A DNA stretch of 64,000 nucleotides from Squalus acanthias (lineage: Eukaryota). This document shows, piece after piece, positions 36,510-50,356 of this stretch; position 1 is the stretch's first letter; each line of letters starts with the position of its first letter. The stretch lies in NCBI GenBank assembly GCA_030390025.1, contig CM059432.1:96102001-96166000 (forward strand), in the 5' to 3' direction. The notes below the pieces were generated by a model that saw only the letters and a list, made by a program, of their open reading frames with translations, had not been told where the DNA came from and searched no databases. Position numbers and translations under genes: made by a program.

Positions 36510-38610
36510 CTTCACCCAGCCCATCTTGCCTGTATCAGCTCTTTGAAAAAGCTATCCAATTAGTCCCACTCCCCTACTCTTTCCCCATAGCCCTGCTAAC
36601 TTTTCCCCCTACAAGTATTTATCCAATTCCCTTTTGAAAGTTACTATTGAATCTGCTTCCATCATCCTTTCAGGCATTTCATTCCAGATCTTAGCAACAC
36701 ACTGCGAAAAAAATATTCTCCTAATCTCATCACTGGTACTTTTGCCAATTACCTTAAATCTGTGTCCTCTGGTTACTGACCCTTCTGCCACCTGAAACTG
36801 TTTCTCCTTATTTACTCTATCCAAACCCTTCATGGTTTTGAACAACTCTATTAAATCTCGCCTTAACCTTCTCTGCTCTAAGGAAAATAACCCCAGTTTC
36901 TCTAGTCTCTCTACGTAACTGAAGTCCCGCATCCCTGCTACCATTCTAGTAAATCTCTTCTGCACCCTCTCTAAGGGCTTGCATCCTTCCTAAAGTGTGG
37001 TGCCAGAATGGAACACAATACACCAGCTGGGGCTTAACCAGTGATTTATAAAGGTTTAGCATAACTATCTTGCTTTTGTACTCTATGGGCTCGATTTTGC
37101 CAGGCCCGAGGAGGCGGGAATGGAGGCGTGTGGGGTGTTAAAATTGCAAAAAATGGCAGGCGGGCCCGACCCCGCCTCCATCCCGCCTCAAGCAATTTTC
37201 CCAAATGCATGGTTTCTGATCCCGTCTCCGTCCCGCCTCCAAGAGGCGGATAGGCCATTAAGGCCCTTAACAACCACTTAATTGCCTCTATAATCCCATT
37301 TTGAGAGGCCTTTCTGATTTTAACACTTTTCCGACATGATGCACGCCTCCTCTGAAACACAACGGTGAAACCTGGTGGTAGCACACTTGGATTGCTGACT
37401 ATCAGCTGCAGGTCCACCATTAAGAAGGAGATTTGATCAATCATCATTCTGGGGGAACTTTTAGCAGGCATAACCATTGTTGTGGAACTTTAGAGCCTGG
37501 AGGAGGTGTGGTGGTGGTGGTGGTGGTGGTGGTGGTGGTGGGGTGGTGAGGGTGGTGGTGGTGGTGGTGGTGGTGAGGGTGGTGGTGGTGGTGATACAAA
37601 AAAAATCTGGGAGCAGACTTAGGTCTCCTGCTGCTCATTTTGTCTCCAGGTCCCTCTCACAGCAAAGGCCAAAAGCTTCCCAATCTTTGCAGACCTTAAA
37701 TGCAGCAGCAATGATGACATCATCAGAGGCGACTTTCAGACTGAAAAAACTAATTGGGTCATGGGTTCCCACATGCTGGAACTCAATTGCCCAATTAGGG
37801 GAAAATCGAATAATTCTCCCACATCCAATTGGAGTCGGGTGGCTAACATGAAAAGCGGATGACACGACCCCAGCCCACCCCAATGACAAAATCAAGCCCT
37901 ATGCCTCTAATTATAAAGCTGAGGATCCCATATGCTTTTTTAACAGCTTTATCAACTTGTCCTGCCACCTTCAAAGATTTGTGTACATACACCCCCAGGT
38001 CTCTCTTTTCCTGAACCCCCTTTAAAATTGTATCATTTAGTTTATATTTCCTCTCTTCATTCTTCCTACCAAAATTAATCACTTCAAACTTCTCTGCATT
38101 AAATTGTATCTGCCATGTGTCTGCCCATTTCACATCTATGCTGCCGCTTCCCCTATAATCCCATGGGCTTCAATTCTGCTAACAAGTCTATTATGTGGTA
38201 CTTTATCAAATGCCTTTTGAAAGTCAACCGCACTACCTTCATTAACCATCTTCATTACTTTATCAAAAAACTCGATCAAATTTGCCAAACACGATTTGCC
38301 TTTAACAAATCCAGGCTGACTGTCATTTATTAAGCCATATTTTTGAAGTGTGATTACTGTTTCAAAAAATGTTCCTACGTCCCGGAGAATGGCCTGTAGT
38401 TGCCGGGTTTATCCCTATCCCTTTTTTAACAGGGGTCCAACATTTGCAATCCTCCAGTCCTCTGGCAACACTTCTATATCTAAGGAGGATTGGACAATTG
38501 TGACCAGACACTTTGCTATTTCCACCTTTACTTCCCTCAGCAACCTAGGATGCACCCCATCCGTACTGGGTGACTTTTCGACTTTGAGCACTGCCAACCT
38601 TTTAAGCACC
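36510..38610 (-). mobile_element. Degenerate CR1 ORF2 3' part
   Basis: ERLEKLGLFSLEQRRLR, WADTWQIQFNAEK, DWRIANVGPLLKKG. Confidence 0.88.
37087..37899. mobile_element. Harbinger MITE with expanded (GGT)n
   Basis: TIRs gggctcgatttt / aaaatcaagccc; TSD TAT; triplet repeat 37506-37593. Confidence 0.9.
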
Positions 38611-38627
38611 TTAGCCTACAAATTGGA

Positions 38628-39950
38628 CTTTTTTTTATTCGTTCATGGGATATGGGCGTCGCTGGCAAGGCCAGCATTTATTGCCCATCCCTAGTTACCC
38701 TTGAGAAGGTGGTGGTGAACCACCTTGTGGAACCGCTGCAGTCCACGTGGTGAAGGTACTCCCACAGTGCAGTTAGGTAGGGAGTTCCAGAAATTTGACC
38801 CAGCGACGATGAAGGATCGGCGATATACCTCCAAGTCAGGATGGTGTGTGACTTGGAGGGGAACTTGGAGGTGGTGGTGTTCCCATGCGCCTGCTGCCCT
38901 TGTCCTTCTAGCTGGAAGAGGTCGTGGGTTTGGGAGGTGCTGCTGAAGAAGCCTTGGTGAGTTGCTGCAGTGCATCTTGTAGATGGTACACACTGCAGCC
39001 ACGGTACGCCAGTGGTGGAGGGAGTGAATGTTTAAGGTGGTGGATGGGGTGCCAATCAAGCGGGCTGCTTTGTCCTGGATGGTGTCGAGCTTCTTGAGTG
39101 TTGTTGCAGCTGCACTCATCCAGGCAAGTGGAGAGTATTCCATCACACTCCTTACTTGTGCCTTAAAGATGGTGGAAAGGCTTTGGGGAGTCAGGAGGTG
39201 AGACACTTGCCGCAGAATACCTAGCCTCTGACCTGCTCTTGTTGCCACAGTATTTATGTGACTGGTCCAGTTAAGTTTCTGGTCAATGGTGACCCCCCAG
39301 GATATTGCTGGTGGGGGTTCGGCGATGGTAATGCCGTTGAATGTCAAGGGGCGGTGTTTAGATGCTCGCTTTTTGGAGCTAGTCATTGCCTGGCACTTGC
39401 ATGGCGTGAATGTTACCTGCCACTTAGCAGCCCAAGCCTGAATGTCATCCAGGTTTTGCTGCATGCGGGCATGGACTGCTTCATTATCTGAGGAGTTATG
39501 AATGGCGCTGAAAACTGTGCAGTCATCAGCGAACATCCCCACTTCTGACTTTATGATGGAGGGAAGGTATTGGTGAAGCAGCTGAAGATGGTTGGGCCTA
39601 GGACACTGCCCTGAGGAACTCCTGCAGCGAAGTCCTGGGGCTGTGATGATTGACCTCCAACAACCACAACCATCTTCCTTTGTGCTAGGTATGACTCCAG
39701 CCAGTGGAGAGTTTTTCCCCGATTCCCATTGACTTCAGTTTTACTAGGGCTCTTGATGCCACACTCAGTCAAATGCTGCCTTGATGTCAAGGGCAGTCAC
39801 TCTCACCTCACCTCTGGAATTCAGCTCTTTTTACCATGTTTGGACCAAGGCTGTAATGAGGTGTGGAACCAGGTGGTCCTGGCAGAACCCAAACTGGGCA
39901 TCGGTGAGCAGGTTATTGGTGAGTAAGTACTGCTTGATAGCACCGTTGAC
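38628..39950 (-). mobile_element. 5'-truncated CR1-group LINE of a distinct subfamily (RT C-terminus, A-rich tail)
   Basis: [30 protein letters not shown]; tail differs from the other CR1s. Confidence 0.85.
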
Positions 39951-40349
39951 CAGTTGGCCCCAGTACTTGCCCCATTTGCCTGAGCATAGCAAAGCACGAT
40001 TTAAACACGATTAAATATGCAACCAATTGAGATAGCTAGAAAACAAGTAAACACTTGAGTTAAAGTGTTTTCAATTTACATATTCTAAATGTGATACCTA
40101 CAGAAAGCTTTGAAGAAATGACATCAAGTGAAAGAGATGCCTGCTGAACAAATAGTTTTAATGTTAAGCTTGAAAGATGGAGTCCCAAGGTCTGATAAAA
40201 ACCAATTGAAGTAAATTAGAAATGCATGAAGATACTAGAGAAGTGGTTTTAATTTACAAGTTGTAAAAAGTACACAAAGACAACTTTGAAAATATTACTT
40301 CAATGGATACACCAAGCAATTACAAGCATGACAACTATTCTGCACTGCC

Positions 40350-40626
40350 AAAGGCTGTGAGATGAATGGCCAGTCAATCTGTTTTGAGTGGTATTGGTTG
40401 AGGGAGGAATGTTGGTCAGAAACCTGTTCTTAAAATAGTGCAATGGGATTGTTAACATTCACCAGAACAGGCAAACAGAATCTCGATTCAAAGAATCCAA
40501 CTACGTAGCGTTCCCTCAGTTCTACATGGGAGCATTAGCCTAGCTTATACAAACTAGCCCTTAATGTGGAGCTTCAAAAGAGGACCTTCTGACCCAGAGA
40601 TGAGAGTGCTATTATCTGAGCCAAGT
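40350..40626 (-). mobile_element. Old Deu-domain SINE fragment
   Basis: Reverse complement resembles the head and core of 40670-41092. Confidence 0.55.
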
Positions 40627-40669
40627 TATCATACAAATTAAGCCATGTTTGTATCCCCTAATGATGAGG

Positions 40670-41092
40670 TGTCAGCCTTGGCTCAGTAGTAGCACTCTTG
40701 CCTTTGAATCAGAAGATTGTGGGTCCAATTCCCACTCCAGAGACTTGATTACATAATCTAGGCTGATGCTGTGGGAGTGCTGCACTGTTGGTAGTGCCGT
40801 CTTTCAGATTAGATGTTCAACCGAGGTCCCGTCTGCCATCTCAAATGGATCTAAAAGATACCATGGCACTAGTCAAAGAAGAGCAGGGGAGTTCTGCCTG
40901 AAGTCAATAGTTATCCCTCAACAAACATCACTAAAACAGATTATCTGGTCATCATCTCATTGCTATTTGTGAAAACTTGCTGTGTGCAAATTAGCTGCCA
41001 CTTTCCCTACATTACAACAGTGACTACACTTAAAAAGTATTTAATTGGCTGTAAAGTGTTTTGGGCTGTCCCGAGGTTGTGAAAGGTGCTTT
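40670..41092 (+). mobile_element. Deu-domain SINE
   Basis: Homologous to 8230-8672 and 56036-56375. Confidence 0.8.
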
Positions 41093-41280
41093 TTTAGCTG
41101 GTCACTGAGACTGAACTGGATGGAAGGTAACCTTGATGTCCTGCTCGATCCCAAGCTGAATATCTTTCCATCACCAAGACTGCTTACTTCCAGCTCTGCA
41201 ACAATGTTTGCCTCTGCCTTTATCTCACTACCATGTCTGCTGAAACCTTAATACATGCTTTTAGTACCTTCAGACTCAAC

Positions 41281-42030
41281 GGGCTGGATTTTGTCAATGG
41301 GGACGTGATGGAGGCGGGACTCCCACTTTTTGGGTTGTAGTCCCGCCTCCATCGACTTGTGGCCAACCCACTGTATTTTCCCTTGATTGACCTTGTTAAG
41401 CCCGCCCAGCGGGCTTAGCAGGCCAATCAAGGGTCCCTTGGATACAGGTGACGTCAGCCATTGAAATTTCATCTGTCAAGAGCTTTTGACAGATGAAATT
41501 TCAACGTTTGACAGCTCTGTGAAGCTGTCAAACACTGACAATATGATTTCTAACGTGAGTCCCTGTACTTAGACTCAGTTAGAAATCAATCCAGCACAGA
41601 AAGCAGAGACTGCAGCTTTTGACAGCTCCGCGGCCATTCTGCTTTCTGTGCCGTGGATGTGAGGGACTCCCGACACCTTAAGGAAGCTAGCCTGCAGGAC
41701 AAAGTTAAGGTAAGTAAAAGTTCTTAAAACACTTTACACACACCAAACACACTTACCTCTGCACTCATGCACCCATCACTCACCTGCACACCGGACATCT
41801 CGACCCCTCCAAGCCCTCCAGACCGACGGTCCGCCTCGCTAAATCGCCGTGGTTCAGACCTGTCGGGAAGCCCACACTTCAGGGCTAAAAATAGGGATTA
41901 GGCAAAAAACTGCCTGTTAACTACCTGTTGACAGGCAGTTTATTGGCACTAATCCCCTTCCCGCCTCGGGGAGGCGGGTCCCAGCACAGGTCGGGTAACC
42001 GCCTCCTGGGAAACTGGCATGGAGGGGGTT
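41281..42030 (+). mobile_element. Harbinger MITE related to 34376-35219, right end missing
   Basis: Left TIR gggctggatttt; colinear interior; follows a short L2 fragment (~41130-41280). Confidence 0.8.
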
Positions 42031-43853
42031 GAAATTTGGAGCAGAACCCAGATCTGTTTGGTTTCTGCCCCATTTGTTAATATGGAAATTCCAATTTAGG
42101 TGTCTGGGCACTTCTAATACCTACACCACTCCATATCCTAGCAATAGTTTGTGGGCGAGTCAGGGGATGTTCCTGGGCTACCCTGGGAATTTTGCCCAGC
42201 TCATCCCTGTTTGGCCCAGCATTTCACAGAAGGATTTATCTTTTCAAAGCTGCTCCTCAGTTCCCTGTGACCAATGATGATTCTTTAAATCTTTTAATCT
42301 TGAGTCCAATAAGAGCCTTGAACTCCCCTCTTGGAGCAGTAGTGAAATGGCAGAATGCCCTGGGATTTGGCACAGAGTTATAGAGAGATCAGATCAACAG
42401 GAAACATTCCTACCTTGCCACACATCTGCCCTCTTGCCAGTGTAATTGGTTCAAAAGAGTTACTAAAATTTGTAAAGACCTCAACCGTGGTGACTCTGAA
42501 ATGGCAGTCGATAACAAAAATGAAAATTTCTCAAAAAACCTTTCAGCACAACCAGGTTCTTCCATTAAAGGCTTGTATTGACCCCAACATTACAACATTA
42601 TCTAAAATAATAGATTATAAGAATCCATAAGATTACCTCAGCATTAGACATTTGTAATACTTGAATCCCCCAATTAGACTACAACCTTTCAAAACACACT
42701 AATCTGTAAAATACTTAGTGGGGAAAGATTTCCTTTGTGCCAACATGCAATAAGATCGTTAAATCATACTTTACAAAATGGGGTAGTGATTTTTTTACAC
42801 ATAGATTACAGAGGAAATCTCACCCCAATATATTTTTATTGTGAGATAACATTTTAGATTGTTGCATCAAGATACTTAGCTGCTGAATATGAAATGTATT
42901 CCACAGCTGAGTTATATAATGGGTCCATCATATGTAAAAAAAATACATATTCAACAGAAAACTGATGCATATTCTTGCTTCCACTAGGCATAAAATATTT
43001 TGCTAAAAGCACAGAGAGCACTTTAATATTTAGGCCACTGGTATTTTCTATATGCATGCCCTGCCAGCTGAAGCTGTAAAATCATAATGTAGCTAAATCA
43101 GCCAGAATTCAATGGTACTTCTTGATGCTGTAATAAATCTTACTTTATGTTAATATTTTAAAGGTTTTGATTGCACTTTGTGTATAAATATACTCATTAT
43201 TCTTGATTTCCAACTATAAATTGTATACTAATATTATTTAGTGCTAAGGTTTGGCATGGTTAGAATACTTATATTTGTATTGCTGTTTTGACACAGGTGC
43301 AACACAACTTGCACTGATAATCAGAAATGAATGGAGCTCCAATTACAAAAAAAATGGTTTTATGTGGAAAACTGTCTTTTCTAGCATCAGCTGTTTGGAA
43401 GAAAATATGGCAGCAGCTTTGATTCCGCCCGCTTCTGGTGGGTCCCACAGCGGCTGCCATTTTGGGCAGGTCGGCAGCGTTGCTGTTGCCTGCACTCGCT
43501 GCAGAAATGGAAATTAGGCAGATTGTGACATCAATGAGTATGCATCGCTGATTTGACGCACCATCTGCCATTTTGGATATCGCCGCTCCACTTAATGCCT
43601 TCTCCAAATCACGACCAGCTAAACATGTGTTCAGCAGCAGGAAGGACCCCCCAACAGCGGTATTTAAAGGGATCATCAACAACTTGCAGCTGACTTTTTT
43701 TTAATTTCTACTGGCTCTGTGTAAGTTTGTGCAAATTGTTTGGAACTTTCTACAGTTATTTAAAGTTGCTGAGGTGACAGGGAATAGTGCTACAAGTGGA
43801 GAATGCCTTGCTTCTCATTTAAAGGCTTCTGCTCACTCCACTTGCTCCCAGTC

Positions 43854-44960
43854 ATGGGGACTCTACTTGCAGTCCCCCTCGCAATTGAGTATGACAGGGA
43901 GATGGAATGGAGGCAGCGAAGAAGAGGAGAAGATGCTTGCAGAGGGAGGAGGAGGAGGGGCAGGGGGGTTCTCAGCAGGAGGCCTTACCCAATTACAGTC
44001 TTCTGAGACCACTTCTCCTGCCTGCACTTAAGCCTGAAGCAGTCTATTAGGAGGCTTCGGTTCATCAAGGAGGTGGTCACAGAACTCTGCCACCTCTTTT
44101 AACCAGACCTGAAGCTTCAGAGCAGGGCGACGATGGCGTTGCCAATGGCCCTCAAGGTCACCATTGCCCTCAATTTTTTTGCCGCTGGATTTTTCCAGTC
44201 TGCAGCAGGCAACATAGCTAACATTTCCCAGCTCACCGTGCATCACTGCATTCGGGAGGTCACAGAGGCTCTCTACTTTAGGAGAAGGGAATTCATTGTC
44301 TTCTCTCTGAACAGAGAGAAGTAGGAGGAGCGTGCATGTGGCTTTGTCAGGATATCGGGCTTCCCCATGGTGCAGGGCACCATCGACTGCACACACGTGG
44401 CTTTGCGGGCGCCGCATACCAATCCTGAGATGTTCCGTAACCGCAAAGGTTACACCCAGCGTATCCTGGCAGCAATCATGATGCCTTCATCTTGCGCCAA
44501 TCCGGTGTGCCAGCAATCTTCCAGCCACCACATTAAACCCGAGGGTGGCTGCTCGGAGACAAAGGCTATCCGTTCTGCACCTGGCTGATGACACCCCTCC
44601 ACAACCCCACCACTCATGGCCAGAAATCATATAATGAGAGCCATGCTGCCATGAAGAATGTAATTGAGCAGAGCATCGGGGTGCTGAAGCAACAGTTCCG
44701 CTGCCTTAACCGCTCGGGAGGAGCCCTCCAGTATACGCCAGAGCGGGTGTTTCATTTCATGGTGGTCTGCTGCATGCTTCACAACTTGGCCAACATGAGG
44801 GCGCAGCCATTGCCATCACGGGTTCTGTGACCACCTCAGGAGGAGGAGGAGGGGGTGGAGGATGAGAAGGAGGAGGAGGAAGGGAGGAGGCAGACAGCAG
44901 ATCCCTGTTCCGGATGGGCTCCCCCTAAGAGCCTCATCAGACTCCGGTTCCAATGAATGA
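43854..44960 (+). pseudogene. Harbinger transposase, copy B
   Basis: [64 protein letters not shown]; several stops. Confidence 0.9.
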
Positions 44961-45123
44961 AACCCCAGATCCCCGTTGCTCACCAGATCCCATCTTACCA
45001 TCCCTCTGTCACGGAACATCACAGCGCCTCCTGGGCACAAAGCTGAAATGAGAGCCACCACAAACAAACATTCCAAACATAATTTATAAATTTATCAAAT
45101 CCAAATCAAAACAACAATGTCAA

Positions 45124-47002
45124 CTAATCACACTTGTGCATTCCCTTAGTATCTGTCTTTCGTGTTCCTTTTCCTACTCCAGTGCACCTATGAAGTGCTC
45201 CGCCAGTGGCTGCAGCACAGCTGGTGGAAGGCTGCTGACTTTCAGTGGGGGCACTGCAGATGGCCTTGCAGGATGAATCGCGCAGTTCTGGGCCTAGAAG
45301 GCTCAGCTGTAGACTGCACCACCTCGGCATAGGCGGCAGCAGTCTGGACTGGTTGGATGACTGGCAGCAGCAAGGGCAATGGCGGAGTTGCAGTGGTGGG
45401 AGTAGGAATGCTGTCATCCTGAGAGAGGACAGCAGGTTCTTGCCCCACAGACCCACTGCCACTCCCCCGGGGCAGCACCTCAGCATTCCTAGCCATCTGT
45501 TGGGGATAGATTGCTGGAGTGCTGAGACACCCTGCAGGCCCCTTTTCACACTCGTAAACCCAGCCATGATGGCAGCATTCTGAGCTTCCACTGCAGCAGT
45601 GAGACGTTGGGTCACTTCTGCCTGTGCTGCAATGGAAGCTGCGACATCATCCATTACACGCGGCATCATGTCTTGGTCCACAAGGTCTCTCATGGAGTTG
45701 CCCATCATTTCCATCCTGGAAATCATGGGCTCCAAGCTCTGCGCAAAGTCCTGTGCAATGTTGGAGCCGGACTCCTCCATGCTCCTTGACACTGGCAAGA
45801 GGCTCTCTGGCAGGCTTGCCATTGCACCAAGCATTTCTGTGCGCATGCCCACCACCCTTCTTCTGAAGGCCTGTCCATCGAAGTCATCATCTGAGTCCTG
45901 TGCAGCAGAACTTACGCGCAAACTCATCTTCTAGGGAGATGGCACCTGAGCTGCCCTTTCCCCCTGGCCTGGCTGCAGCCCACTTGTGCCCGGTACCTCA
46001 CCCTGTGCAGATCCCGCTTTTATACTACCCTCTAAGGTCCGTGCAGTGCCATTTTCTGAGCTGGTGCCTGCGAGTGTCAGATTGAGTGATGGTGTGTCTT
46101 CTTCTCCTTCACTCTCCTCCTCCATCACTTCGGGGACTGTGCTGGTGGGACTTCTTGGGTATCTGAAAGGAGAAAGGCACAAGGGTGGGTTGTTGTGAGG
46201 AGAGGGGGGAAAGCAAGATATCCATGCATACACTATCAGAAGTTTGTAAGTGAGAAGAGATTGTGGGATGAGGGGGAAGTGGGTTGCGAGAAGAAGGATT
46301 AGGTATGGCCATACCGTCATCATCAGCAATGCTGTCAACTTCCCCGCTCGCCACGGACTCTATGTTTGCCCCTCCAATGATCTCCAGCACTGCTTCCTCC
46401 AGCTCTGTCAGGGTCTGCAGATGGGCTTCCGCTCCACCCGTCTGCTGCTGCTCCCGGCAGTTATGAGTGACCTTTGCCTGTAAGAGAAAGGGAAATGGGT
46501 CAGTGAGTGTGGTGCAATGTGTTTGGGAGATGTGCCTGCCATGGTTGAATAGCTGGCAGTGTGTGCATGGTGTGAGATGTGGGTGTGAGTCTTGCAACAG
46601 TGGTAAGTGTGTGAGGGTGATGTGAAGCTATGATTGTGAGGTATGAGTGGTGATTGCTAGATATTGTTGTTAGGTGAGTGATGGGAGTGTGGTGCATTGA
46701 GCAGAGTGTGAGGCTTAGTGGTGCAGATGGTGGAATATGACAATTGAAGATGCATTCACTCACCTTGACCACTCGTGTGAGGTCATTAAGCTTTTTGCTG
46801 CAGTGGATCCAGGTCCTGGGGACAACACTCGTCGCACTGACAGCTTCAGCGATCTCCTCCCACAGCCTTCTACTGTTCTGCCTGAAGGCCTCTTACTCCC
46901 CTGCGGGTAGAGGGCCTGACGGCGTCTTTGAACCCCCAGGACCAAGGCCTCCAGTGCCACATCCAAAAATCTCCTCACCCTTTCTCTTGGCTGTTGGGCC
47001 AT
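45124..47002 (-). pseudogene. Harbinger Myb/SANT-like gene, copy B (exons ~47002-46764, 46477-46315, 46162-45124)
   Basis: MAQQPRERVRRFLDVALEALV...KKLNDLTRVVK; canonical GT-AG introns; stops and frameshifts. Confidence 0.82.
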
Positions 47003-48825
47003 GGCTTTCTCCACAATGACAATGAGTTGCTGCTGCACCAAATCACCTCCCCTTTAAGTAGTGCAGAGAGCCGAGGCCAAATTTTATTGGCCAGTAGACT
47101 GCACCCAATATTGGCCCCCCTGTTCAGCGTTAAGCCAATCAGTAGCGTGTTTACTGCTGAGATCAGCCCTGCAATCATTATAATGAGCAGGCAGCATGAA
47201 TTTTGCGTGCTGCCTGCACCACTTTGAATGGGCATGGGCACATAATGCCTTGTGCTGCCCGCGCCCATTTTCAGGCCTTATCCAATTTCTAGGCTGGTAT
47301 CTATAAAAAAAACTGGAAAATAATTAAATCAAACTTGTTTATGGATTTACATTTTCTCACTGTTATGCTATTATTTATAAGACATTTCAGAATGATTCAT
47401 TAATTTCCCATGTACGTGCACTATTTTACTGCAATGTTTAGACTTTTGAAGATTCGTAAATGCTTTAATATTGGGTGTTCGGACAAGGTATTGAGTAACA
47501 ATATCTGTATAATCTATTGACCTCCTATTCCTCATCTACATGTTGCCCCTCGGTGACATCATCTGAAAACACATCAGATTCCACATGTATGCTGACGTGA
47601 CCCAGCTCTACTTCATCGCCACCTCTCTCGACCCTTCCATTGCCTTTCTATTGTCAGACTGCTTGTCCGACATCCAGTCCTGAATGAACCAACATTTTCT
47701 CCATTTAAACATTGGGAAGACTGAAACCATTGTCCTCAGCCCCTACAATAACTCTTGAAGGATTCTGGGCTTTTGATATGGACTTTGGTGACTGCTCTTA
47801 AGAAGAATTAAGTAAGGCCTGTGGAGTGGAACCATCAAGGTGAAACTTGCCCGGGAACCGTGAGAAGGACAAAGGAGCATGAAACCTTGAGATAAAAGGG
47901 TGCTACCTCGGTTAAAGCACAGGCAGCCAAGGAGGCATAGCTTATGTGCAGCCAGTGCAATCGGAACAAAATTACTGATAGCCTAACTCTGGATCAACGG
48001 CCGACCAACAAACAGATCGGTTGCAGTGAAATGCCAGTCCCACGAGGGCTTCTGGGCCGTAATTGTCAGCTTGATCAAAGTTAGAGATGATGCTGAACTT
48101 GTGTTACTGCTCAAGCTGCAGTGAGGAAAGTAAGTGCGGCAATACTAACTGACTTGCTGAATTCTTCAAGGAAAAAACTTGTTCAAACTTACTTGTGTTT
48201 GCAAAAGGAGATAAACGAAGAGATAAGCCAGGATGCTGGTAATTAGAAGCAGAGAAAAACAAGTCCATATTTGGCTCTTATTCCCAGCAACAGACTCAAG
48301 GACACAGAGAGAAAGATAAAGGTATAAAACACCCAGGGCTAGAAATTCATCTACTTACCGCCACTGCGTAGCGCCATGAAATGGTGTAATAATAGCGGCC
48401 GGCACTCTATCACCAGCTGGTGGCAGGTCCCACAGCGGCCGCCATTTTCCTCCCTTCTGTTGCGCTGCCGGTAACTGTCAGCACCCTGGAAAAAATATGG
48501 TGGCGTGGTGATGTCAATCGGCGTGCATCGCCGACTTAACGTCACCACTCCGAACTCTGACCCTAGCGCTGAATTCAGCACTGGGTCCTAAGCACGCCAG
48601 GTAATCCTGCCATGCAAGCAGGCTGACAGTGGCGATGTCAACACCTCTTAAAGGGACACACACATCTTTCAGGTAAGTTTGGATTTAAGCTTTTGGACTG
48701 GGTTTTTTAGATTTTATTGAAGTAGTGGCTTGCTGTAATAGATGTTAAAACATTTTTTAAGTGTGTAGGGAGTGCTGCTGGATGCTTGCAAGGCCTCAGA
48801 TGATAAAGGAAGGCCTCTGAGAAGA

Positions 48826-49695
48826 TAGAAAATGCCGCAAATACTCAGCAGGTCAGGCAACATCCGTGGAGAGAGAAACAGAGTTCACGTGGGGCTCGAT
48901 TTTGTCATTGGGGTGGGCTGGGGTCGTGTCATCCACTTTTCGTGTTAGCCACCCAACTCCAATTGGATGTGGGAGATTGATGCGATTTTCCCCTAAATGG
49001 GCAATTGAGTTCCAGCATGTGGGAACCCATGACCCAATTAGTTTTTTCAGTCTGAAAGTCGCCTCTGATGATGTCATCATTGCTGCTGCATTTAAGATCT
49101 GCAAAGACTGCCAACTGTTTGGCTTTTGCTGTGAGAGGGACCTGGAGGCAAAATGAGCAGCAGGAGACCTAACTCTGCTCCCAGATTTTTTTTACCACCA
49201 CCACGCTCCAGACTTCCACAACAATGGTTATGACTGCTAAAAGTTCCCCCAGAATGATTGATCAAATCTCCTTTTTAATGGTGGAGCTGCAGCTGATAGT
49301 CAGCAATCCAAGTGTGCTACCGCCAGGTTTCACCGTCGTGTTTCAGAGGAGGCGTGCATCACGTCACAAAAGTGTTAACATCAGAAAGGTGTCTCAAAAT
49401 GGGATTATAGAGGCTGTTAAGTGGTTGTTAAGGGCCTTAAGGGCCTATCCCGCCTCCAAGAGGCGGGACGGAGACGGGATCAGAAACCACGCATTTGGGA
49501 AAATTGCTCAGAGGCGGGATGGAGGCGGGGTCGGGTCGCCCGCCATTTTTTGCAAATTTTAACACCCCACACAACTCTATTCCCGCCTCCTCGGGCCTGG
49601 CAAAATCGAGCCCCACATCTCAGGTCAAGATGCTGCCTAACCAGCTGAGTATTTCCAGCATTTTATGCTGTCATTTCAGATTTACAGCATCCGCT
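48826..49695. mobile_element. Short Penelope-like fold-back fragment containing a MITE
   Basis: Inverted arms of the same repeat as 11893-13605. Confidence 0.7.
48892..49613. mobile_element. Harbinger MITE (inverted relative to 22308-23015)
   Basis: TIRs gggctcgatttt / aaaatcgagccc. Confidence 0.88.
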
Positions 49696-50031
49696 CGCAG
49701 AGGGAAGAGGAAAACACAGAAGAGGAAGAAACCGAGGAGGAGGAAGCAGAAGGAAGGATGCAACTCAAACAACCCCTTTCTGGCTGGATATCCAGGATGG
49801 AATCATCCGCTTGCGGTACCAGTGACCACAACCCCAATTCCTCTTTCCACATTTGTCCCACACCTTACCGTCCCTCTGTTACTGACCATCACAGCATCCT
49901 CGTGGCCACAATGCTGAAATAAAAGCCACCACAAAGCAATCTTTCCAATCCAACTTTATACATCTATCCATCCAATATGACATCAAGAAATCAACTCATC
50001 ACCCTTATGCATTCTCTTAGTGAGTGTCTTT

Positions 50032-50356
50032 CACAGAATCAGAATCACAGAATCCCCACAGTGCAGATAGAGGCCATTTCGGCCCATCGAGCCTGCACCG
50101 ACACATATCCCACCCTATCCCCATAACCCCACGTATTTTAATCCCCCTAACACTAAGGGTCAATTTATCATAGCCAAATCAACCTAACCCGTACATCTTT
50201 GGACTGTGGGAGGAAACCGGAGCACCCGGAGGAAACCCACGCAGACACGGGGAGAATGTGCAAACTCCACACAGACAGTCACCCGGGGCCGGATTCGAAC
50301 CCGGGTCCCTGGCGCTGTGAGGCAACAGTGCTAACCACTATGCCACCGTGTTGCCC
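50032..50356 (-). mobile_element. HE1-type V-SINE
   Basis: tRNA-like head with ggttcgaatcc B box, V-domain gtgggtttcctccgggtgctccggtttcctccca, CR1-like tail. Confidence 0.88.

Larger units (their letters stand above)
43360..47295. mobile_element. Full-length two-gene PIF/Harbinger transposon (copy B)
   Basis: Transposase (+) and Myb gene (-); right end ccaatttctaggct; colinear with A (inverted) and C. Confidence 0.88.

Noticed and set aside
37444..37638. Poly-His/poly-Thr ORF
   Set aside because: Translation of a (GGT)n microsatellite
50280..50356. tRNA gene
   Set aside because: tRNA-derived SINE head continuing into a V-domain and CR1-like tail
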